A stretch of DNA of 64,000 nucleotides from Rhodosorus marinus CCMP1338. Lineage: Eukaryota; Plantae; Rhodophyta. This document shows positions 38,035 through 50,986 of the stretch, piece by piece. Location: NCBI GenBank assembly GCA_029953675.1, contig JAMWBK010000010.1, forward strand, positions 434,001-498,000, given 5' to 3'. Numbering within the stretch: the stretch's first letter is position 1; the number at the start of each line of letters is the position of its first letter. The notes under the pieces are model-generated. The model was not told the DNA's origin. It made no database searches and worked only from the letters and a program-made list of their open reading frames with translations. The position numbers and the translations under genes were made by a program.

Positions 38035-39645
38035 AGTTCCAAGGTCCCTCGAGGTTAATGTCAAAAACAGAAACAGATCACTAACAGCGCTTAGAGGTTA
38101 CGCTTTTGTTCCTCTATGATCGTGCTCAAGACCGCTCAAGAGCCTGCCGCCCCTCATCCACTAATGCAAAAATGTCGTGATGTCAATCTCCCGAATGGAC
38201 ATGCGCATCCGGGTGGAAAACACCGTTGCACTTACTCTACTTCCAAGGCGTTTATGGGCGAAAGCTACGAGATCAGAAACGTCCTAGTGAGGATCCGAAA
38301 CTCGTGACCGTCTGTCAAAGCAATGGAGGCTCGTCCTCGGCCACTTCGTCTTCCCCAAGGGCTTCAACGATTGCTCTTGAGAATTGGTGCGCGGGTGGAC
38401 CTCATTTTGAATCCGCACAGTGAGCCTATTTTCCACTCCAGAGTTATTGTTCGAGTAAAACCTTCCAATATCATGTGGTCTTTACTCTCGAGATCAGACG
38501 GTCGCATTTTTGCGCTTTTTTGCCAAGTCCCCCCCCTCCGGAGGATGGCGCGACGTCAACAAAATGAATAGGACCAAAAGCACAATTTAGGTATGTGCGT
38601 AGTAGAGAGCTGAGATTTATATTTGTTATATTCAATATATCTGGACTGTATTTTCTAGATCTGGAAAATATGCGTTTTTAATTTTGTGCGGTAGAGGCCT
38701 TGATCGGTCATCGCATCTCTTGCTGAACTTGAGCGCTCTTGCCGGTGAATTCGGACTACGATTTTCTTCTCGTCTTCGAGAGTAATGAGTGCTCTCCAAG
38801 GTGAGGATCGCGATTCGGTGACGTATTTCAGCTACATACCATGGTCAATTGCCGTGCAACTTCCGCGCAGATCGCTTTGCTGTTACTATGCTCTACGGGC
38901 ATTACTTTTATTCTCCGTAGCCGTGGGTGAGGCCCGCAGTTTACAATGTGTGGGCTGCTGAAATGGCGGACGGAATTTAGATTTACAGTGGTGCGCCGTC
39001 GCTTCACTACAAGATTGATTCGGAAACGAGCCCTAATGGGCACGGATCGTGGCCAGTAACCTCATACTGTGCTTCCCAACAATAGATTCTAACCCTAGAA
39101 GTTTGTAAATCAGAGTACAGTACACCTCATGATGTCGCAAAGCACACCCACCTTCATCGTCTGTTCCCATCCAGCAGATGGCTACCAAACCCTGCCGTTG
39201 ACAGCAAACCAGACGAACCCTAATCCAGAAGTTTCTAAATAAAAAACACGACAGCTGTCTATTCTTGCTATGAATTTTAATTCGTTTAGAACGATTGATC
39301 TTAGACAAGCAAAACTCGGTCATCAAAACCTGTTAAATTAGTTCTCAGAAATAAATAGACACACGGCGGTCTATCTGTTTTTTTAATTTTACAAAACAAC
39401 ATTATTGTTCCTGAAAAAAAATAAAAATAAGAAACGATCAAAGCGTTTTTTTGATCAGCCTCAAAGGTTTCACGTTTTCTCTCTTTTTTCCAAAAAGTTT
39501 TTTTTTGTCTGATAGATAAAACTTCATGGTGTCAGCCTCGCAAAAAAGGGTCCATTTTGTTTACTAAAATATCGCTCTAAAGAAACAATCTTCTCGTAGA
39601 CCAGAAAAAAAAACGAATCTGCCAACCGACCAATGTCCTTCAAAG

Positions 39646-40095
39646 TTTGATTGAACAAGGACACGTGGGTAATCATAATTTCATAACTCAAATTTGTTTC
39701 TCTATATAGTAAAAGTTATCTTTCAAAACGTCGGAAAATCTAAAATATAATTAGATAATAGGAATCACATCATATTTAAGAATAAAATAGATACACTACA
39801 GAATATTTTTGTTCTTATGAAATTATGAGAGGTTTGTATCCGAAATATAGTTTTTGGGCTTATTTTTCACTCAAATTCCACAAAAGACGGCTGGTCCCAT
39901 ATTTTGATTGGATAAAGACACGTGGATACTAATGATTTAATAAAATACAAACGTTTTTCAATATAATAAAAGTAATCTTGCTAGACGTTCTGTGAAAAGA
40001 ACATGATTGGATAATAAACGTAATATCATATTTAAGAATAAAATAGATACACAATTGAAGTTTTATAAATTTATGAGAAGTTTTGATCCAATTAC
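39646..40095. repeat. Diverged AT-rich tandem duplication, period ~257 bp
   Basis: ATCATATTTAAGAATAAAATAGATACAC at 39769 and ~40026; GACACGTGG in both units. Confidence 0.8.
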
Positions 40096-40817
40096 AGGTA
40101 GGATTTCCTTTCGATATGTGAAAAGAAAGAAAGAAAGAAAAATTGTATGTTTATTGTTCTGTTTGACTTTTTTGTGGGGGGGGGGGGAGTTCTTGTTTTT
40201 GTCCGGTGAGGAGGCCGAGCATTGAATTTGTGGTCGTGGCGAGGGAAGAAGGGCCCAAAAAGGGGTTCAATTCCCATTGTTTTACCTTTTTGCTTAACGG
40301 AAAGGGTCAACAATGAGGAAGGTGACACAGAACAAAAAAAAAATTGTATGTAAAATTTTATTTTTTCCAGGTTTCCTGGAAGATTGAGTTTTTGGTTTTT
40401 TCAGCTAGAGCTTGTTAAAAAGGGTCTCGAGCTGATAAGCAACCGTAGAGACGAGGGTTACTTTGGGAAATTTGTGTGCGGAGGTTGTGTGGGAGGGAGG
40501 TGCGAGCGTATTTGATCAGGTGAAGAGGTGTTTTGTTTTCTGTTTTTCTTTGGTCTGGAGGAGGGATTTGGGTATCAATATTTAGAACGTTTCTCCCCCT
40601 TTTCTTGGCTTGCGGGGCTGTTGCAAGTAGTTCCATCGCTCTCCCTGTGTCATTCTGTATTCTGAGGAGACGGTATGGGCCTTCCTTACAGGTAGTGGGA
40701 GCGGGATTGGGTTTCGGTCTGAAATCTTGAAGATTGGTGTTGTGCTGAGCTTTATTGTCACGGAGTTTCAAGGGGAAAGGGGTGTGTGCAGTGAAGCGGT
40801 TTTCTGGGTGACAAGGC

Positions 40818-41808
40818 ATGCAGGAGGTGAGTAGATCCTCCCAACTGTTTTTGTTTCATATTCAGAGTTTCAATTTTTCTGTATAATAGTGGCTTCGTCT
40901 TTGGCGGGCTGTTCGCGTAGAATTCGTGGGCTGTGCTGGAGCTGCTTGATGACATACTGGTAGCAGTAATAGGCCATTTGGGTGAGGCTCGGCATTTGAT
41001 GCGGATGAGATCGGTCTCGAGTACGGTCAAGAACTTAATTGACCAAAATCCAATCTTGTGGAGAAATGCAAGGTTTGATGGTGAGCGGTTAGACCATTGT
41101 TTACTGAGCCTCGTTTGGAGAGTGTTTCAAATGCCTGAGCATTCGGTTCTCTTGGACTCGAACAGGCGTTTCCTTTACTCCAAAAGTGTGTTTGGATTCA
41201 CCGCAACATTTATCCCTTAAGCACTCTGACCGCAGATCGATTTGCGAAAAGGCTTCTTCAGCTGGAAACGCCTATGCCCGCCTGGTTGAGAGAATAATAT
41301 TCCAAAAGCAGTCGCTCTATTCCCTAACTGCACCGGAGTCGCTTTCTGTGGCGTTAATAGAAAATCGAAGAAATGGAAACTCTCAAAGTCCCAGGAGACC
41401 CTAGTAGAAATGAGTTGCTAAAACATCACTCGATTTTCTTTCTATGCTCACTAGATAGTCATCTCCGCTCAAGGTTTGGAGCTTCCGATTGATGGCAACG
41501 GCATGTAGACCGGTGTTCGTTCAGCCGCATGCCTGGCAACAGGGGCCGATGGTACAGGCTCCACCCAACCACACAATATTATACGGGTGGACGGCGAGTG
41601 CACGGTCTGCATCCCTACGGGATCTGTAATAGGGTTAGTGCACGTCGAGGAGGTTGTCAGCCTGGAGGGTCAGCAGGGTTCCGCGTGGGTAATCAGTCAG
41701 TCCATACAACTCCGAAAACCGATACAGTGTGCAGGTTTCGACGGCATTTGGAAGATGTCAGAGTATCTATCCGAGGTCATCCTAAGGGGAACGCAAGCAT
41801 TCTCTTAG
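40818..41808 (+). CDS. F-box protein with a C-terminal ASCH-like domain; splicing of the 3' half uncertain
   Basis: MQE|NSWAVLELLDDILVAVIGHLGEARHLMRMRSVS...LW (F-box-like); later LIENR and PTGSVIGLVHVEEV...AWVISQSIQLRKPIQCAGFDGIWKM (ASCH-like). An in-frame TAG at 41506-41508 needs a non-canonical intron or marks a pseudogene. Confidence 0.6.
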
Positions 41809-42039
41809 GGAGCTCACCTGCTAACAGCATTTCCCACCTTCTGACTTATTTCTCTTACTGCTAGAGGCAAAACCGACCCTCTTTCTTAGTACGTCCCGAA
41901 TGAACGTCTCGGGCTTAATACAGTAAAGATATATGGATCTGCTATACCCGCTACGCATCGCTGGTATAGACTTCTTTCGAATGGAGAAAGTCAAGTTGAA
42001 CTCGACTCCCAGCCCGCTTTGGCACTCTTGTCTTTAGGA

Positions 42040-45000
42040 CTAATACAGACTCGGAGAGTCTTTCCAGTCCTGCGTATTCTTACAAGACCAATACTTGTTC
42101 GTGAACGCGTACATGGTTTCCTTTGTTGCGGGGTCTCGATACTTCTTGAACCACCGCGATGTATGAGTTCCCGTTGTTTTGTCCTGGAGGAGGGGGGCAG
42201 GATCACGGCAGGGTGTACATTAGCGAAAGTAAATGGACCGGGATCCTGCGGAGGTTGCTACGTACGTTCTTTTCCCTGAGCTTTGTCCTTATCTGATCGG
42301 CCTTCTTGAAGTCCCCGACCTCGTAAGCACGAATATCTGAACGGAATCGGCTGTCCGTTGGTGCAATGCGCCGTCTTTCTTCTTTTGGGATTTCGTTATT
42401 CAGTTGCAGGGCAAAGTAGGAAAACTGGTACCCGTGAGTGGCAGCCTGCGGTGCCCTAGGCTTGGTCTTCCAGACCTCCATTGGCGGTTCTTTTCGCCCA
42501 GCAGAAAGAGTATTGACGATACTCAGAAGGACGGATCACACAGGCGATTCCGGCAACAAAGTTACTAGGTAGCGGGGAAATTTTCTTACTTCCTGGGCGC
42601 TTGTAGTGCATTTCTTGTTTCCAGTTACCGCCGATTTCACCCTTCAGCACCTGCTTTGAGTCCAAAACTACACCGCGAACACTCCCGACATCGGATTTGC
42701 TGGTTTTCCACCCTGACTTCTGAAGCGTAAATAGGCATCTTTCATTTTCGCAAGAGTGCAGACGAAACTCAACATGCTTAGACCCGCATCCCCTCCGCAG
42801 AATCTTTGCCAACCAATCCAACTCACTTGTCCCCAGTCGCATGGTTCTTAAACTCGAGATCTCCGTAGTTTTCTACCCACATCTTCCCGAATACGATATT
42901 GTGTACGCAAGTTGTGGGCTGTGCAAGTCCATAAGTGAGCAATAAAACTTTGATTTTAGCCCCCAAATTCTGGAACTGCTCCTAAACACGCTTCGGTTTA
43001 TTCCTCGGCGGTGGTCAACTCACCAAGGTATAGGTAATATGATCACCATATTTTGGGAACTCGATGTGTAAAGACCCTTTGCTTACGAGCTCCATCGACT
43101 TGCCATAAAACGCTTGCTCGAGCTCTATAGAATAGTAGTACTTCCATTCCACACCGATTCCCAGACTCTAAAGGACGACACAGTCCGACGGTCAGATATT
43201 TGCGGAAAGCCTCGTTGTCGAGGAGCAAACCCCAGCATGTGCCACGGAATCAGCAGAGCTGGTCTCGTGTTCTGAGGCGTGCTTCAGGCAAGGAATGGCC
43301 GTACCTCAGCATGCAACGCCACTTGCGCAGGAGCTTTCTGTAAGCTCTCGATTACAACTCGGAAGCCTTCTCCCTGACGCTGATTGATCATCTCATAGGT
43401 CTCACCAGCGAAAGATGTGAAAGGTTTGTCTGGCCAATGTTGTCGTTTGTATTTGAGTTGAGCACGAAGGCTGCTGTTCCTAAAGAGACGAGAGGTTTTC
43501 TGCTTACCAAATCGTTCATCCGAAGCAGCATAGTGCGAAATGGCAAAGATCGCTGCCAGTGCCAGGCGAGTATGAGGATCCCCGGTTTCCGCCGCACTAT
43601 CGAGGATTTCCTGTTCACATGGGGACATTTTGCTTCAGCCGAAAGTTGCCCAGATCATTGGGAGTGTGGCTTCCATAGCACCCAAAAATTCAGTCAGGGG
43701 GAAGACCGACACACCGAGTACTCTAGATCCTCACAATTCCTCTGCAGTAGAGAAATCGGTTCGCTCAAGGTGATCGGCATATCGACGGTTGCAAGGTCCT
43801 GCCCAACCGTACTGCTGACTAGTGACATAAGACTCGGAGGAAAGCGCTCTTCCTTTTGCGGAGGAAGCTGAGCCCGATATCCGAGGGCAGGTCCCTTCCG
43901 GCTCCATCCTTGCTTCTGTTTAGAGCGCGATTGTGATCCCACGAGGGGGGGGGGGTTGTTATTGTTTAAGGTCCACATCGGTTCCTCCTGGAGAACGGCA
44001 GTATGCTGCCTCAGGGCACGAACTTACAAGTGCGTCGTTTTCCATTCCTTCTGACCCGAGGGGCTTCTTAACAAGCGCTTGAGAAGCATCTGTAAGTTTG
44101 ATGCCTCGGAAGGATGTGACTGGATCGAAAAACTCCATCTCAGCCAAAAAATCTGAATCTTCGAGGTCAATGTCCAGGATCTCAACAACCTTCTCGCATT
44201 CGTTCACGAATTCGCCTGATCAAAGTGCGTTTCGACCATTTGTTAAGTAGAAGAAACTGGGGGGAAGTGGAATCTCGGCAGCTGGCGCGTGTACAAGTTC
44301 GGAATCCCCATCGCTCACCTTTATCGGCTGTTCTGAAAGCCTCTTCGGTCGTCTGACCACTTCCATCGAAAATTGACGCTTCTGGGTTCATAGGCTCAGC
44401 CGGTATTACACCCTCGGCCTTGAACTTGCGCGTCCAAAGACTTTGTTCAGAAGTCATAGTGCTGATTCCGAAGGAAACCATGTCAAGAACCCCGGCAAGA
44501 ACCCTGTCCACGTCAACTTCCCCGCTTCTCAGATACTCTGAGAAGCAGAACGAACCGAGATAGATAGTAGAAGACAATAATGAAACGAAAAATTCAGCTT
44601 CTACTATTGTGCTCTGATTTTATGGTGATTCTTGTGCCTCACCCTTCGGAGCGAATGCATCCATCAAAAGGTCGTTAAGCGTTAGCATCGGATCGACTCG
44701 CCGCTTTTTCTCGAAAAGTTCAACCTTGTCCCTCATCAAGTGCAAACTCGTGAGATACTGATTATGCATCTTGACCTGTTCTTCGAGGCCATCTCCATTG
44801 TAATCGTTTTCAGAAAGTTCGACAAATCCGGGTTTGCTATGGTCTTCCTCGTCGCCTGGTCAAAATTAGAATGGCGTATAGTCAGAGACCCTTCAATCTC
44901 ACATGTAGCCCTCTTATTTTGCTTCGAGTCCAGCTTGTACCTGCTCGCTCCTGGGCTTTTCCGTCTACAATTCTCCGTAGCTGCTTCTGAGAATTGCGTA

Positions 45001-45396
45001 TCGCATCTACCCACTTGTCCCTTATAATGGAGGAACTCACTCTTACGTGAACGATGTGCGTCCCTGCATCCAATATGAAATCCGTTGGTTCTTGTTTGTT
45101 TTTCTGAACGGAAAATGTTGAAACCTAAGCAGAATCCAGCCATATACCAATCTGAGAACAATGCTAGCCCCCGCCGAAGCACGCTTTTTCGATTTTGGTT
45201 TTGCATGCAATACACTTATTCCTGCGCGAAGTTTCGTTTCTCCAATCTTATGATAGGACAAAACCCCTTCCTTAATTATTAAATACCTCGGACGCCACCC
45301 CTTCAACACCCCACAATATTGCAGAACTTTTCCTTCCACGTCGGTGAGGCGCTGAGAACCCACGGCGGGGCTCTCATCGACCTTAAACTCCTCCAT
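42040..45396 (-). CDS. Oxysterol-binding protein-related protein (PH domain, FFAT-like motif, ORD), multi-exon
   Basis: PH start VEGKVLQYCGVLKGWRPRY; EMEFFD; MPITLSEPISLLQRNCEDLEYS; KPFTSFAGETYE; APTDSRFRSDIRAYEVGD; last exon ends YWSCKNTQDWKDSPSLY. Confidence 0.9.
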
Positions 45397-45764
45397 AGCC
45401 AAAAATTCCCCAACCACAAAACAAAATCAACAAAAAAATCCCCTTCAAAACCCCGCTGTCGCCTTCCAGCCTCCCAACCCCACCCCACCCCCCGCCAAAA
45501 AAAAACAGAACAACCAAACAAACCAAAAACAAAACAAAAAAAAAACACCGGAAGAGAGTAGTTTCCCACAGCAACCCAATCAATCACAACAACACACACA
45601 CACACGTCACCTCCCTAACCTAATAAAGGGTGTTGCTCAGACCAGATCCATCCCCTTCCAAGGCTCTTCCTCCCAACCCCACCTCCCTCCTCCCCACCTC
45701 TTCCCCAATCCAACAGCAACCCAAATCCATTAAGTAAGAAAAGAACTATCTCCTCGTTTTTCTC

Positions 45765-46220
45765 AAATCCAATGGATGTGGATACAAAGGACAGCTTGTC
45801 TCTTTCAAACAAAAATTACACTTATATTTAGGCAGACCACGAAAAAATGAGAACAAAAACCCAAAGAATCAATCAAATTCAATGGAAAAGTATAATCGTT
45901 TTAAGAATTTTTTTGTAATTTGTATTGGGATCGGGAGATGTTGATTGGTTCAGTGATATATGATCTTTTAGTTTAATAATTTTTATCAACCCCAGATCCA
46001 ACAGGTATGGATACAAAGGACAGCTTGTCTCTTTTATACTAAAGTTTTCATTTGTATTCAATCGGATCTGGAAAAAATAAGAACAAAAAACCTAAAGAAT
46101 CAATAATATTCAATTCAGTTAAATAATCGTTTTAAGAATTTTTTGTGGAAATTTGCGCTGGCCAGCGGATGTTAATTGGTTGAGCGATCTAAGTTCATTA
46201 ATTCAATAATTTTATTGTGG
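45765..46220. repeat. Diverged AT-rich tandem duplication, period ~229 bp
   Basis: GGATACAAAGGACAGCTTGTCTCTTT at 45780 and 46009; ATAATCGTTTTAAGAATTTTTT in both units. Confidence 0.85.
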
Positions 46221-46860
46221 CACGAAAGATTGTATTTTTCTTATATTTAGCTGTTTGCCTGTAGCAGTCTTAAATTCTGAAATTCGATATCTATGTATGG
46301 AAGGCGAGCCCGGAGATAGTGTTTTTTGGAATAGTTTTCTGAGCACTGGAAACGGGACGACATTTGAATACACTATAACGAGAATAAATATTTAAATTTA
46401 TTGTTAAATTCAGATTGATTCAAGGTGGGTTCTAATCTGTGCTTGGGCGACATCCCAGTTGGCTAATTGAAGCTCGCTTTAGAATTGTGCGGGCGAAGAG
46501 GCGTTGAGGAGGTGGTGGATGGCTTGTTCTGGACTACCTAGAATCCGGAGCGAGTGCTGCGAATTTGCGCTGCTAAATTTCTGGAGCGTTGGACGCTTAT
46601 GCAATCGGGGTGAACTCTGTTGTACGAGCAGCCACTCCTCGACAGCCGCTTTCACACAAGCTCGCCTGATCAAAGCTACCAGGAGGGTTTCTCCAGATCA
46701 TCCGCTATCAGTAAAGGACCCCGGAGAAACGAACGCCGACGTCGTACAGACCCACACACCAAAGCCGCGGCTCAAGCCACACAACCTAGTCGAAACTGAT
46801 TCGGCTGAATACACTAGCTTACGTCTCCCGTTAGCGCCGCGTCTTGCTCTGATGAACTCC

Positions 46861-47529
46861 TTTACAAATCATCATCATCAGTTTATCAGAGCCTAACTAC
46901 CCTGAGAAGCGAGAAACAAGACGCTGATGACGCGCGTCGAACAATAAAGCCGCGTTGGAACGCCATAAGGTCAAGGACAGCTCCGTGAGGAGGCTAGCAA
47001 GACGACTTGGGCTGTGACGAAAGAGCCCACGAAGCCAGCGAGAGCCGACACAATCAACTAAACCAAAGCACTCGATGATGAGTGGAACAAACCCGTAGGA
47101 CAAGGCCGAATCGCGGAGCGCAGAGTCCAACATAGCTGCAGCGTACTGGGACTCCTTCAGTTGCCGCATTGACCGAGCCGCAGCGCCACGGCAGCGTGCA
47201 GATGCGGGTAGGTATCTGGTCGCCTGAGGACAAGGAATAGAAAGGTCAACGTACTCACTCCGACGGGCGCTGAGATCGGTCACCACTAGATCCGCCACCC
47301 GCTGCACCCCTGGTGCGTCAGCCGTATCAGTAATTGTCGTGGCCACGGGCGGAGGGACCTCATACTCCACCTCCCGGTCCGTGCACAGCATCTGGGAACG
47401 AAGATAGCGAAACAGCAACCGGTTGAGCCGCGTATGGCGACGAGTCCGGGCCCCCTGGACCTGCGGACAGGATGCCAACAGGCGTCCACCGAATTCACCG
47501 CACGGCACGTCGCTACCGTTTACAAATCA
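46861..47529 (-). mobile_element. 5'-truncated CRE-like RLE non-LTR retrotransposon copy with 11-bp target-site duplication
   Basis: TSD TTTACAAATCA at 46861-46871 and 47519-47529; (TGA)3 tail on the element sense strand. ORF 46897-47508 has a degenerate zinc-knuckle region, RRH, RVADLV...YVDLSIPCP and KESQY. Confidence 0.92.
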
Positions 47530-47779
47530 CTGTTCTATCTGAAATCGGTCAAAAGCCAGCTTTACCAAAAGAGCGACGAGATCACAACGGCCTGTCCCAA
47601 TTTCAGTTTGGGACAGGACAGCACGTGGGACAGGTGATATTTCTATTGGTTACGAGGAACGTCGATCGATACCACTTCCGAATACGGAGAGTGGGTAATT
47701 ATATTCAACATCCAAAGCTCTGGGATTGTGTTGATGGTAAATTTTGCTCTTCTGTTGGATCTGAAGATACAGGAAGCTT

Positions 47780-48430
47780 ATGCTGGCGTGGTTGAAGGAT
47801 TTTGGTGGAACAATGGCGAGAATGGAGATGATTCTGTTGGGTTGTATTGGAGTCTATGGGAGCGGTATTGCGGCCGAGCTTGTGAGACGTAAGAGGAGCG
47901 GAGAGCGGTTGTTTGGAGTTCACGGAGAGCACGACGCGCAGATTGAGGAATGGACGAAGAAGAAAGAGGAGCTGAAGGTGGAAATGGAGAAGGTTAATTC
48001 TCCGTCTACGTTTGTTCAGTATGCAAAGTTGCAACGCCAAGCTCAAAAGTACGAGAACGACATAGAGGAGTTGAAATGTAAGACCGCCAGTTGCCCCTAA
48101 TTCGAAATGATCTTGTTACTGTGGATCGTTCTCAAAGCCAAATCTGTTCTTCTCTACTCCATAGCTGCGGAAAGCAAACGAAAGAAAACGACGAAGTCCA
48201 AGATTCTTCACTGGACTACCCGACTCATGTTGCTGATGTATATAGCAGTCTTCATGACGGCGAAAAAAACCGCGATGGATTTCGACTGTAGTCTCGTCTA
48301 CCCTCTCGGAAAGCTTCCACTAGTATTCCGCGGCTCCTCCGATTATATCTGCGGTCTCTCCGAGTACTCTTGGCTAGTTCTATGCGGTGGGGTGCTCAAC
48401 TACATAACCACGATCTGTTTTGACCTGTGA
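47780..48430 (+). CDS. GET1: GET1/WRB (CHD5-like) tail-anchored protein insertase subunit, 2 exons
   Basis: TM helix, coiled coil with NSPSTFVQYAKLQR, intron 48078-48164, then two further TM segments with YPLG. Start codon uncertain (47780, 47813 or 47822). Confidence 0.8.
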
Positions 48431-48864
48431 TGAGCGGAGCTTTGCGTTTTCAAGCGCTCTCACGTCGCAAAGCCCATATTCGGAAGTTGGTTCAAATGAG
48501 GCTCTTCTTGGTAGAGAGCAGCCGATCGCTACCTGCTCTCCACTTATCGTCGAACCTGATCCCCCAGAAGATTCAGTGACTAGTGGCTCAGCTTTGAAGG
48601 CTCTTGTCAACACCAACCGAGAGTTCGCCAAATGTGCAACTCATCCGGGATGTATCGGGTTGGCAGATGGTTTTTGAGTCATATATTTAAAATGGTTTGC
48701 AGTTCGCCACCTTGCTTCTTTGTACGTACCTAGGAAATAGCATTGCCAGCAAATCTGTGGATAAAAGAATGTAGCTAGTTCGTGTGGCATCACTTTCTTT
48801 TTCCTTTGTCTGAGTGCGCTCTCAATCATATAACAAAAACTGTTCTGGGCATAGCGTCTTTTAC

Positions 48865-50001
48865 TTATACTTCAACGTCGTAGTGCTCTAGCATTCTGTT
48901 ACATATTTCTACCATAGTTTTCGGGTCAATACTATAGTGCGTATACCATGGTTTTCCCGTCTCAGGAACTTTCTTAAGCTCATGGTTGCTGTACAACATC
49001 GCCAAATGGAGTGCTGCTGTGGCGATGTCCATTTCCTTGTATTCCATATGAATTGAAGTAAGCAGCGAATCGTTGACAAAGTTCCACGCGTACTGATGCA
49101 CACGATTAAAAAAGGATTTTTGCTTGCTTAGACTCTAGCGTCTCCATCCAATTTCGAACCTGCTCCAAACTCCTTTCGCCGTGGAAAAGCATTGCGGGTT
49201 GAGCCTTGAAAGTGCTTACCTGGATCAAATCCTTCTGTTGTTCAGCACTTGTGCCGTAAAGCTTCACAAGCTGAATGATGTACTTGAAAGGTAAGTCAAC
49301 ATCATAGTCGAAGTTCAAGACTCTTAGAACATCCCGTTCCTTCAGCAAAACCAACTTCTTCTCGGCTTGAAAGCGACTCGACTCTTCCAGTAGATCCTCG
49401 CCCCGTGGGAATTGCTACACCGTTACAACAGCAGAAGCGACAATCTTGAGCAGGGCTGCCACATAGCGAGCTCACCAGCTCAGGGGACTTCCTACCTCGC
49501 TCCGAGTTTTAATCTTTATACTCCAGTATATTACATCGCGAAGTCTCTTCACACATTCTTGAACTTTACAGGCAACGAAGAGACATGCAGAAGCCACAGC
49601 CGGCGGTGAATGACGCGACATACTCTCCATCAGGTAAAACCGCTGCATGAGCTTGATCGCCGCGCATCTCGTTAGCTGGGGGACCTCAAGCGCAGCTCCG
49701 ACCTCCAGTATAAACCTTCGATGAGAAGGAATCCCAAACAGCAAGACGAAAAATCCTCATCATCAGCTATCAACTCGATGTCAACTCGGAGTATGCACTG
49801 CAAGCAATCACGAGAGCATTGAAACCTCTACGCAAGAATTCGGTCTCAAGTCTATGCAACTCACCGCGCACAGCTGGCGATTATCCTTCGCTCAGTGCTG
49901 GACTGAATATTTTTCTCCCTTGAGGGAGAGTTTTCAATGTCCTCCTTCCCAAATAACCAGAGCTTCTCATCAGCTCCGTTCAAGCTCTCCAATTCATCCA
50001 T
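48865..50001 (-). CDS. Transcriptional cyclin (cyclin T/K-like), multi-exon
   Basis: WLFGKEDIENSPSR; MQRFYLMES...ACLFVACKVQECVKRLRDVI; ERDVLRVLNFDYDVDLPFKY; AWNFVNDSLLT. Confidence 0.85.
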
Positions 50002-50986
50002 TGTCCCTTCGACTTCCCCGCTCAACTCAATCACAAACACCTGGACCCATAAAAACTCAACTATCGGAACTCCTCCGAAAGCAAAGCACCAAAAAACGGA
50101 ATACACGAGAGCGATCTGGTAGAAATACTACCAAACAAAAAAGACTCAAGTCCTTCAAAACGTTGTTATCTTAAAGAGGCAACGAGATCACCCCTAGGTC
50201 CTCCTCCTTCATCAACAAGGACCTCACAAACTCCACTTCCAAAACTCAATGTAGACCTTCCAAGCAAACCTTAAAAACCAACTTACAACTGCTTCCTCAC
50301 ACCTCAGAACTTGATAAAAGCTAGTACCTCCTCCACGAGCCTCTACAAAAACAGAACAAAGTTGGCACACCAACATCACATACCAGAACGTCTGCCTCCC
50401 TCCCAACCCAAACATTCCGAATCCAACCATTCTTAAATACCTTCCACATCTTAGAATTTCAAAACTTTTTATCCGGCCAAGGTTATTTGGCCTATGATAC
50501 AATTTGCAAATTTGCTTAGTATCCTAACCTAGGACTGATTATTTAGGATACTCTCACAATCTGAGCTTGGATTCTTGATGAAGAACAATAAATGAATACA
50601 TAAATGGAAATACGTATCAGATTTAGAATATATCTGGGCTTATGAGTCATAATCGTCAAAGAGAGAATTCAATGGGTGAGTTGCTCGGCATGTTGACCGA
50701 CTCCAGGACGTTGTTGCCACCGGTCATCAGTTTCTATTGAAATTTTTCATGTCTTAGGAACATCCAATGCAGAGGCGAGCTTCCCGGCTTAAACATCGCT
50801 CTTCACTTGGAAAATCTGACTGTCCACGCTGCTGCTTTTGGGGGATGCTCAGTCCAACGATCCTCCTGCCGGCCGATTGACGAACGCAAACATTTCCTCA
50901 TCGCTTGATGTAGCGCTTCGTATCTATAACGTTCATCGCTTCGGAAACCACGATATCCTCGTATTGAAAACAGTCTTTTGGCTGTA

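Noticed and set aside
38830-39230. Possible stop-codon read-through gene or gypsy integrase relic (GPQFT)
   Set aside because: The stops are TAG/TAA, there is no SECIS, and a single 5-aa motif is insufficient.
47591-47617. Perfect 10-bp inverted repeat CCTGTCCCAA/TTGGGACAGG
   Set aside because: Isolated short hairpin with no U-tract, TSD or partner; not informative.
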